Source of the DNA: Eubacteriaceae bacterium
Lineage (GTDB): Bacteria; Bacillota; Clostridia; Peptostreptococcales; Anaerovoracaceae
DNA length: 64,000 bases
Assembly: GCA_034927505.1 (NCBI GenBank)
Contig: JAYFPY010000004.1
Coordinates: forward strand, 13,735-77,734
Direction: 5' to 3'
Of this stretch, positions 57,259 to 64,000 are shown one piece after another (position 1 is the stretch's first letter; each line of letters starts with the position of its first letter). The notes beneath the pieces are model-generated. The model was not told where the DNA came from and did not search any database. It saw nothing but the letters and a program-made list of their open reading frames with translations. Position numbers and translations under genes: made by a program.

Positions 57259-58387
57259 TGACCTTTACCCAGCCTTTCCCGCTGTAGTGTACTGCATCCT
57301 GCATAAAATACGGCGTATATTCATATTTTGAAAGATCCGCTGTCTTTGCGCCATATTCTTCAGCCAGAGCAGCTGTCTTTTTATAGAACGCCTCCCGTCC
57401 TTCCTTTGGAAAGCCGGTATAATCATACCAGTAACCGTTGACCGGCGGCAGTATGAGCAGCGGTTCTATATTTCTCTCCCTGCACAGTTCAAGAAATATT
57501 TTCAGATCGTCGTATTCCGGGGAACTCCCGTAAGATCTCCCCTTGTCGGAATCCTTTTTCTTTTTCATGATCCGCAGTATTTTTTTCCTGAAAGTTTTAT
57601 CTCTCATATAGAACTGATTGGTGGACCTTTTCTTTTCGTATTGATCCGCTTCGCCCTCCAGCAGCTTCCAGTCGGGGCTTTCTCCGGATATGGCTTTTTC
57701 ACTTCCTTTTTTTATCCGGCTGGATCTCATTGCAGTCAGTACGCACAGCCGATCTTTCTCACTGACGAACAGGCCACGCATACGACATGATATTTTATCC
57801 CAGGGATTGCCTCTTTTGTACAGATACACTTTATTGTATTTTTTGACCCTGGCCTTCAAAGTCGCATCCTTCGACAACAGTTTTTCCGTCCGGTCAGCTA
57901 TGCTTTTTCGCAGGGAAAAAGACAATCTGCTGTTCTGAAGCATCGCCGTGTAATCGCTTTCGGAAAATCTCAGTGCAAATGCTTCGGGGCGCACTCCTTC
58001 TTTGTTGAACCACTGCGGGGATACGATCAGTACTACTTTTCTCTTTTTCATGCTTCGTTCAAGGCCTCCGAGAGCAATTGTATGAGTAAGGCTCTGAGAA
58101 AAAGCCGACCCCATGATCATAGGTGTTACATCCTGATCCTTGAACACTTTTTTCGGATAGAATGGTGTTTTCACGCTATGGTTGAATTCTGAAGATCCAA
58201 ACGTGAGTATGGTTTTATTATCCAGGTTGGAAGCTACTGCATCATGACTGGCGTATTTATAGAGATTGTTCCACGTTCCCATTTGAGAAGTCCTGGTATT
58301 GATCTGCTTTACTCCATACACATGCATTCCTGCAACAACAGCAGTAAACATTATCAGCGCCGTGAGAAAAGCCGCTATTTTTTTCAT
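57221..58387 (-). CDS. dltD: D-alanyl-lipoteichoic acid biosynthesis protein DltD
   Basis: N-terminal anchor, with FGSSEF and VSPQWF motifs. Position after dltC. Confidence 0.9.
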   Translation of the reverse strand: MKKIAAFLTALIMFTAVVAGMHVYGVKQINTRTSQMGTWNNLYKYASHDAVASNLDNKTILTFGSSEFNHSVKTPFYPKKVFKDQDVTPMIMGSAFSQSLTHTIALGGLERSMKKRKVVLIVSPQWFNKEGVRPEAFALRFSESDYTAMLQNSRLSFSLRKSIADRTEKLLSKDATLKARVKKYNKVYLYKRGNPWDKISCRMRGLFVSEKDRLCVLTAMRSSRIKKGSEKAISGESPDWKLLEGEADQYEKKRSTNQFYMRDKTFRKKILRIMKKKKDSDKGRSYGSSPEYDDLKIFLELCRERNIEPLLILPPVNGYWYDYTGFPKEGREAFYKKTAALAEEYGAKTADLSKYEYTPYFMQDAVHYSGKGWVKVNEEIYKFSKENN

Positions 58388-58388
58388 T

Positions 58389-58631
58389 TTACTGCCCCTT
58401 CATCTCCCTGACCAATGCTATTACTTTTTCGGGAGTTTCTACTTCCTCTCTGGATACAGCTGATGGCGAAAGAGTGATGTCGAACAATTCCTCCAGCCCC
58501 ACCAGCAGTTCTGTATATCCAAGAGAATCCAGCAGTCCCTCTTCTGACATATTGATATTTCTGTCTTCTTTAACGATCTCGTCATCACATATCTCTGCGA
58601 GCAGATCAAGTATTTTTTCTTCCATTTTCAT
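58389..58631 (-). CDS. dltC: D-alanyl carrier protein DltC
   Basis: 80 aa with the phosphopantetheine attachment motif GLLDSLGYTELL. Confidence 0.9.
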   Translation of the reverse strand: MKMEEKILDLLAEICDDEIVKEDRNINMSEEGLLDSLGYTELLVGLEELFDITLSPSAVSREEVETPEKVIALVREMKGQ

Positions 58632-58647
58632 TCTCCTTTTTTCTCTT

Positions 58648-59814
58648 TTAGTTTATCCATGCTGTAAATAACTCTGTGAACCGGCCTGAAAAAATAAACA
58701 GGCCGAACATAACAAGATTAAAAGTGATAACTGTTGAAGTAATAATGTACCATCTTTCTTTCTTGTGTTTTTTATGTATCTTTGATTTTTTCTGCCATAC
58801 TTCCGTAAGTGCCAGCAGCACTCCGTGATACAGCCCATAGATAATGTAATATACTGTCAGTCCGTGCCACAAGCCCATAACTGTCATGTTTACCATAAAA
58901 CCACAGCTTGCTGCTGTCAGTCTGCTGCTGAATCTTTTCTTTTTTATCCACCGCATCATCAGCCTGGAAAAAAGATAGTCCCTGAACCAGTGGGACAATG
59001 TTATATGCCAGCGGTTCCAGAAATCTGCAATATCTTTGCTTATGAACGGCGCTTTGAAATTGTCCGGCATCCTTATGCCCAGTATGTATGAACATCCTAT
59101 GGCCATCAGACTGTATCCGGCAAAATCAAAGAACAGGTAAAACCCATAGGAATACATATAGATCAGCGCCGATCCCATAGTGTGTTTCATTCCGGCCCAC
59201 AGTATCAGCTGATAGATGGACGCCGCAATGACAAATTTGTACGTCAATCCTATCATTATTTTTACGATGCCTGCACCGGCCTGTTCCAGATAATCCTTCT
59301 TCGGCATTATTCTGTTCAAATCTTCGCCGTACCTTCGGCTCCTGTCGATCGGACCTGACAGCAGCGACGGGAAAAACAATATAAAACTGAAATAATCGAA
59401 AGCCGGTATTTTTTTGATCAGTCCGTCATATACTTCGATCAACATCTGCAGTATACGAAAAGTCATATACGATATGCCTATAAATCCAAATACCGAGATA
59501 TGAGCCGAGGCAAACAGTTTGCTCGCTGCCAAAGGTGCCATCCCAAAAGCGAGAAAGAGAACAAACAGTTTTCCGTTTCTCCCATATCTGTCCACAAGGA
59601 AAAGCCACAGCCTTAGCACGGCAAATTCAAGGAAACAGAACGCAGCCATATATCCCAGTTCTTTTACATTGCCGCCTATGGCAAGCAAAGCAAACACCAA
59701 TGTTGCCCCAAAAGCATAATATTTCAACGGTCTTTCTTTCGCTCCCAATATGACCGCCGGGACCAGGGCGGCGGCCATACAGATGAAAAAGGAGAAATCG
59801 CCGAACAGCATCAT
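58648..59814 (-). CDS. dltB: D-alanyl-lipoteichoic acid acyltransferase DltB (MBOAT)
   Basis: 388-aa polytopic protein with FWNRWHITLSHWFRDY (the MBOAT His motif). Confidence 0.9.
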   Translation of the reverse strand: MMLFGDFSFFICMAAALVPAVILGAKERPLKYYAFGATLVFALLAIGGNVKELGYMAAFCFLEFAVLRLWLFLVDRYGRNGKLFVLFLAFGMAPLAASKLFASAHISVFGFIGISYMTFRILQMLIEVYDGLIKKIPAFDYFSFILFFPSLLSGPIDRSRRYGEDLNRIMPKKDYLEQAGAGIVKIMIGLTYKFVIAASIYQLILWAGMKHTMGSALIYMYSYGFYLFFDFAGYSLMAIGCSYILGIRMPDNFKAPFISKDIADFWNRWHITLSHWFRDYLFSRLMMRWIKKKRFSSRLTAASCGFMVNMTVMGLWHGLTVYYIIYGLYHGVLLALTEVWQKKSKIHKKHKKERWYIITSTVITFNLVMFGLFIFSGRFTELFTAWIN

Positions 59815-61289
59815 CAGATCAGTTCCCTCAAAATCTTTCTATCTGCTTTGCCGTTTGCTGTTACCGGCATACTGTCAAGAAACACTATCTTTTTAGGCAC
59901 CATATATTCAGGCAGTTTTTCCTTTAGCTTATTCTTTATTTTTTTCCCTTCCTGAAAGGAATTTTCAGGGACGCCCAACCCTGAAACGATTGCGACCAGA
60001 CTTTTTACTGCCCCGTCCTTTTCCTTTGGAAGTACCAGCGCATCGCTGATCCCCTGTATTTTCTGCAGGTTGTTTTCTATGTCTCCCAGCTCTATCCTGT
60101 AACCGTGGTATTTTATCTGATCATCCAGTCTTCCGGAAAAATGGAGCATCCCGTTTTTTATGAATCCTTTGTCGCCCGTATGATAACTCCTGTTTCGCCC
60201 GGCAGTAAACGCCCTTGCAGTCTGCTTTTCATCCTTGAAATATCCGGCACTGACGGTATCTCCCGTTATGACTATCTCTCCGGTTTCTTCTTCAGTCTTT
60301 ATCTCTGTATGATATGCAGGCTTTCCTACAGGCAGAGGTTCATCTGCGCTTATCATTTCCCTTGTTATTTCTACTGACGTTACAGCGACCGTAGTTTCTG
60401 TAGGGCCGTATGTATTTATGATTTTTGTGTTTGGAAATCGATCCATCAATTCTCCTGCAAGACTGTTTGTCAGTGTTTCTCCACAGAATATAAATTCTTT
60501 CAGTTCCGGAAGCAGCTTCTGATCAAAGGAGTGATCGCTGCAGCACATAGCTGCAAATGACGGCGTGGAGACCCAATGATTGAATTTTCCCTCCGACATT
60601 TTTTTCATCAGCTGCTTCATGTCGGCCTGAGTCTCTTTGTCAACAGTTCTAAGAGTGCCTCCTTTATAAAGACATGTATAAAGATCCATTACAGAAAGAT
60701 CGAAGGAGAACGGCGCCTGATTCAGGAAAACATTTTCTTCCGTCTGTCCTTCCTCATTTGTCAGTTCGGCAGACCACCGGAGAAAATGATCCAGATTGTC
60801 CGCAGTTATCCTGACGCCCTTTGGCGCGCCGGTACTTCCCGATGTAAAAATAACATAAAAATCATCGCTGCCTCTGACAGCAAATTTTTCGTCTATTGTT
60901 TCTTTTGAGTTTTTGATGATGAGATCGGCCTGCTTTCGGGTGATCACCCTTGGACCGCAGCATTGTATTTCATCTTCTGCCAATACTATTCGACATCCGG
61001 ATTTCTTGATTATATCCGTTATCCTTTTTTTCGGCATTGAAATATCTACTGGGCAATACGCTCTCCCCGACCGTACACATGCCATAAAATATAAGATCAT
61101 TCCCGGCTGTTTATGTCCGTACACCACAACGGGTGTTTTATCATCTTTCAAGATGCTGTTCAGTGATGCAGCCAGTCTGCCCGACCCTTCCCACAGTTCC
61201 CTGTATGTCAAATTCCCTTTTTCGGATATAAAAGCATATCGATCGCCGTGTTCGGCTGCGTACTGCCGTACTTTTGATAATAAACGCAT
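59814..61289 (-). CDS. dltA: D-alanine--D-alanyl carrier protein ligase DltA
   Basis: Start at MRLLSKV (GGAGGG SD). Adenylation motifs IFTSGSTGAPKG, NTYGPTETT, YHTGDKG and GKADRK. Confidence 0.9.
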   Translation of the reverse strand: MRLLSKVRQYAAEHGDRYAFISEKGNLTYRELWEGSGRLAASLNSILKDDKTPVVVYGHKQPGMILYFMACVRSGRAYCPVDISMPKKRITDIIKKSGCRIVLAEDEIQCCGPRVITRKQADLIIKNSKETIDEKFAVRGSDDFYVIFTSGSTGAPKGVRITADNLDHFLRWSAELTNEEGQTEENVFLNQAPFSFDLSVMDLYTCLYKGGTLRTVDKETQADMKQLMKKMSEGKFNHWVSTPSFAAMCCSDHSFDQKLLPELKEFIFCGETLTNSLAGELMDRFPNTKIINTYGPTETTVAVTSVEITREMISADEPLPVGKPAYHTEIKTEEETGEIVITGDTVSAGYFKDEKQTARAFTAGRNRSYHTGDKGFIKNGMLHFSGRLDDQIKYHGYRIELGDIENNLQKIQGISDALVLPKEKDGAVKSLVAIVSGLGVPENSFQEGKKIKNKLKEKLPEYMVPKKIVFLDSMPVTANGKADRKILRELI

Positions 61290-61365
61290 TTGTCCCTCCA
61301 TATTGTCTGTACACTTTCTACTTTCAATCAGTATACAATATATGGATGACTCTGCTGTGACACTA

Positions 61366-62001
61366 CTATAACAATTCTGTCACTTTCTTGGCTTTCACAT
61401 GATCGATGACCATCAACGCGCCTGCAATATTAGCAATCGCAAAAGACCAGCCCGCCAGCACATCTGTAGGGTAGTGCACCCCGACATATATCCTGGAAAG
61501 ACCTATAGCTATGGCAAGGAATCCGCAGAGGATGCAAAGACCTGTTCTTTTACCGCCCTTTTCCATATTTGTCCATATGAGAAATACCAGCAGGCCATAT
61601 ACCGCAAACCCTGTTATTGCATGTCCGCTGGGAAATGAATAGCCTCCCTGATCGATAAGATGCAGAGACACATCCGGTCTGGGTCTTGCCACTATTGGCT
61701 TTACTATGGTCTTTGTCAGGCTTGTTACTGCTGCAACCCCCGCCACAGGCAGTCCGTATTTTATCCTGGTCGACGGATAAGCCAAAAGAAGAAGACATAT
61801 TATCACTATAGCTTCCCAGTTACCCAGATAGGTTATCGACTCAGCCAGCGTGTTGAGCCCGTCCGTACGGGCAGAATAGAACGCCTGACGGATAACATTG
61901 TCAAAACCGGTAGTGCCATATACGACCACTATGTAAGTTATAATGAGAAAGCCGATGACTCCGTCACCGGCTATTATTCCCCGTATTGTTTGTCTGCTCA
62001 T
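61366..62001 (-). CDS. PAP2 family phosphatase
   Basis: KPIVARPRP, PSGH and SRIYVGVHYPTDV are the three PAP2 motifs. Start taken at MSRQTIRG, just after the ybjQ stop. Confidence 0.8.
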   Translation of the reverse strand: MSRQTIRGIIAGDGVIGFLIITYIVVVYGTTGFDNVIRQAFYSARTDGLNTLAESITYLGNWEAIVIICLLLLAYPSTRIKYGLPVAGVAAVTSLTKTIVKPIVARPRPDVSLHLIDQGGYSFPSGHAITGFAVYGLLVFLIWTNMEKGGKRTGLCILCGFLAIAIGLSRIYVGVHYPTDVLAGWSFAIANIAGALMVIDHVKAKKVTELL

Positions 62002-62002
62002 A

Positions 62003-62314
62003 TTACTTGATCTTGACCGCCGTTCCATAAGCCAGTATTTCTGCCGATCCCTGTACGATCTCGGCACCCGAATACCTGACGTTTATCACTGCATCCGCTC
62101 CCAGCTTTTCTGCTTCGTTGACCATTCTTGTAGTGGCTATCTGTCTTGCTTCTGTCAGCATATCCGTATAGCCCTTCAATTCTCCACCCACTAAGCCTTT
62201 CATGCCGGCCATAAAATCTTTGCCCACATTCTTTGACTGAACAACATTTCCTCTTACCATTCCCAGACTTTCTATTTCTTTTCCCGGAACGTAATTGATA
62301 TTCAATAATTCCAT
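62003..62314 (-). CDS. ybjQ: YbjQ/UPF0145 family protein
   Basis: 103 aa: VRGNVVQSKNVGKDFMAGMKGLVGGELKGYTDMLTEARQIA...GADAVINVRY. Confidence 0.85.
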   Translation of the reverse strand: MELLNINYVPGKEIESLGMVRGNVVQSKNVGKDFMAGMKGLVGGELKGYTDMLTEARQIATTRMVNEAEKLGADAVINVRYSGAEIVQGSAEILAYGTAVKIK

Positions 62315-62341
62315 TTTTAAAGTCCTCCTTTTTATATGCCT

Positions 62342-62370
62342 ATTATATTACAGGACCCTGCTCCGTGCAA
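62342..62370 (-). promoter_or_regulatory. candidate promoter for ybjQ-PAP2(-dlt)
   Basis: Minus strand reads TTGCAC-17 nt-TATAAT, about 25 nt upstream of the AAAGGAGG SD of ybjQ. Confidence 0.45.
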
Positions 62371-62398
62371 TTGATATTATAAAAAGGATATTAAATCA

Positions 62399-62900
62399 TC
62401 AGTCCCCTATGGCATCAGTACGATACAGGAATTTTACCGTTCCGTTCGTTCCGCTCCTCTTCTGTGAGAAAGATGTGTAGTCTTCGGAAGCCTGAACTAT
62501 CTTCTTCATCTTGTTGACTGTTGTCTTTATATCGCCGTTATACAGATCAACTATTTTTTTGATCCCGTCACTGTAATATTTATTCAATCCGTTGACCAGC
62601 TTTTTCGGAATTGTTCAGCAGCACATTCATTGTTCCGGACATAATGATGTCCAGTTTCGACACTGCTTTTTCCGGCGCAACGTTCATTCCCTCTCCTAGC
62701 CAATGGAGTGTCCAGATGTTTTATAAGGTCGGGCACTCTGCTGCCAATAACGTCATAGAGGCATTTCCCCAGTTTTTCTCTGTGATTCACCGCACCTGTT
62801 CCTTAAATTTTCATTCCAACAAATCGTATATATCTGCAAAATGATAATAAAAAGTATTTCTGCTGACGCCGCATTCCTTTGTCAATTCCTTTACTGTCAT
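62399..62900 (-). pseudogene. decayed TetR/AcrR-family regulator gene plus out-of-frame fragments
   Basis: The ATG at 62900 gives MTVKELTKECGVSRNTFYYHFADIYDLLE, a TetR HTH, followed by an in-frame TGA at 62811-62813. The rest is split over at least three frames (track ORFs 62584..62790 and 62399..62587). Confidence 0.45.
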
Positions 62901-63695
62901 TTATTTCTCCGGCGGGGTGGCAATCACAAACGGCTGGGGATCCGGTTCACCGGTCAGACTGCTGCTCTCATGCCACATGTAGAAAAATCTTTCTGCTCCT
63001 ACTGTGTAATAACCATCCTGGTACTGATCTGTTGTATCATAAGGATCAGCCATTATCATGACATCATCTCCAAAGTTGTCGTCTGTCCCCATGGTGTCAT
63101 ATCCTATTATTACCTGCCAGTGTCCGTCCCAGTCTGTCCAGTCGACCATTATCGGCTGTTCGGCTTTCAAATTCTTCTGTACCCATTTAGTGAATTTTGC
63201 TGTTGCATTGTCGTCTGTATTATAATCAAAATCGTATTTGCCTGCTTTATCACGCTGAACAGTCCATCCAATTTTCTTGAAGAACTTTGTTACTCCATCA
63301 GGTCCTACCCCATCAGTATCAGTGGTGCCTGACAATTTTGCAATAGACAGTTCATCATATTTTTTTGCATCATATTTTCCATAACTGTTCATTACCATTA
63401 CTATACTTGCTGCTCCACAAGTATATTCCGTTGTCTGCTGATATGTTTTGAATTTTGGTATCACAGTCAGCGAATCTGTTGATTCCATGTTGTAGACATC
63501 CAGCTGCTTGAAATAATCCGATCCAAAGTGGTCATCACAGCCATCATAACTAGATGCTCCCGATGATGTTGTATCATATCCTGAAGGATATGCAATGGTA
63601 TGCTTTTCATAAGCTTCACTGCTCGATCCGCATGCAGCCAGTCCAATAGCAAAGACTACTGCAAGCAATACTATAAGTACTTTTCTGGTTTTCAT
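62901..63695 (-). CDS. lipoprotein with papain-like (C39-like) cysteine peptidase domain
   Basis: Start at MKTRKVLIVLLAVVFAIGLAAC (GAGGTG SD, lipobox LAAC). QQTTEYTCGAASIVM (Cys) and DGHWQVIIGYD (His) match the C39-like catalytic layout. Confidence 0.65.
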   Translation of the reverse strand: MKTRKVLIVLLAVVFAIGLAACGSSSEAYEKHTIAYPSGYDTTSSGASSYDGCDDHFGSDYFKQLDVYNMESTDSLTVIPKFKTYQQTTEYTCGAASIVMVMNSYGKYDAKKYDELSIAKLSGTTDTDGVGPDGVTKFFKKIGWTVQRDKAGKYDFDYNTDDNATAKFTKWVQKNLKAEQPIMVDWTDWDGHWQVIIGYDTMGTDDNFGDDVMIMADPYDTTDQYQDGYYTVGAERFFYMWHESSSLTGEPDPQPFVIATPPEK

Positions 63696-63879
63696 AGGAA
63701 TCACCTCTCTCTTATATGTCAGAATATTCCTACTTTTATTATACACCTTTTGTCAATTCCATATCCGCCTGCTGTGGCATAGCTTTCCGTTATATGCAAT
63801 TAGAATTATATGGTAATTGTTCTTCAAAAGTAATATAATTATACTATCAAACTTAACAATAATAATAAGGAACAATCAA

Positions 63880-64000
63880 TGAAAATCATAAGAAACATCC
63901 CCGGGATCGTGAAGGTACTCTTCTCACTGCCCGAATTACGACATTTGAAGAAAGAAATAGATTCAGCCAGATCCGAAGGCGATGATAAGAGAGAGCAGGC
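63880..64000 (+). CDS. hypothetical protein, 5' fragment (runs off window)
   Basis: AAGGAA SD 7 nt before the ATG. MKIIRNIPGIVKVLFSLPELRHLKKEIDSARSEGDDKREQ... is open to the window edge. No family assignment is possible. Confidence 0.35.

Overview
This 64-kb window looks like a low-GC Gram-positive (Clostridia/Lachnospiraceae-like) chromosome. It is about 90% coding with GGAGG-type ribosome-binding sites, and most genes lie on the minus strand. I found no rRNA, tRNA or CRISPR array.

Housekeeping content, in window order:
- pstS-pstC.
- A complete nine-gene V-type ATPase (ntp) operon.
- An aldo/keto reductase with an Fe-S domain, and a GIY-YIG protein.
- rlmH, rnhA and an AlkD-like DNA repair gene.
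- A SanA / MFS transporter / aminotransferase / iorBA block.
- rho, a DUF1385 gene and prmC.
- A large S8 peptidase.
- dltABCD, followed by an unannotated dltX-like small ORF.
- PAP2 and ybjQ genes, plus two decayed loci (an IS/DUF234 scar and a broken TetR-family gene).

The stand-out region is a roughly 20-kb, 16-gene co-directional cluster at 13.3-33.7 kb. It combines four things:
- An ECF-type importer: a YkoE-like S component, two short ATPases, and a T component fused to an extracytoplasmic purple-acid-phosphatase-like domain.
- A MotA/ExbB plus ExbD/DUF2149-like proton-channel pair, in an organism that carries a dlt operon and so appears to be monoderm.
- Nine exported, lipid-anchored or tail-anchored proteins built from repeated SUOX/YedY-like (Oxidored_molyb-like) modules. 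Several of them end in an extremely basic FN3-like tail.
- An embedded Crp/Fnr regulator.

A consensus promoter, a roughly 215-nt leader and a strong intrinsic terminator sit in front of the cluster. This suggests an attenuator or riboswitch of a class I cannot recognise.

Next to the cluster is a putative metal/cofactor-handling gene set: a THEP1-like NTPase, a DUF364 protein, a MobB-like protein, two paralogous membrane proteins and an ArsR regulator.

All family assignments come from reading motifs by eye. No database search was run.
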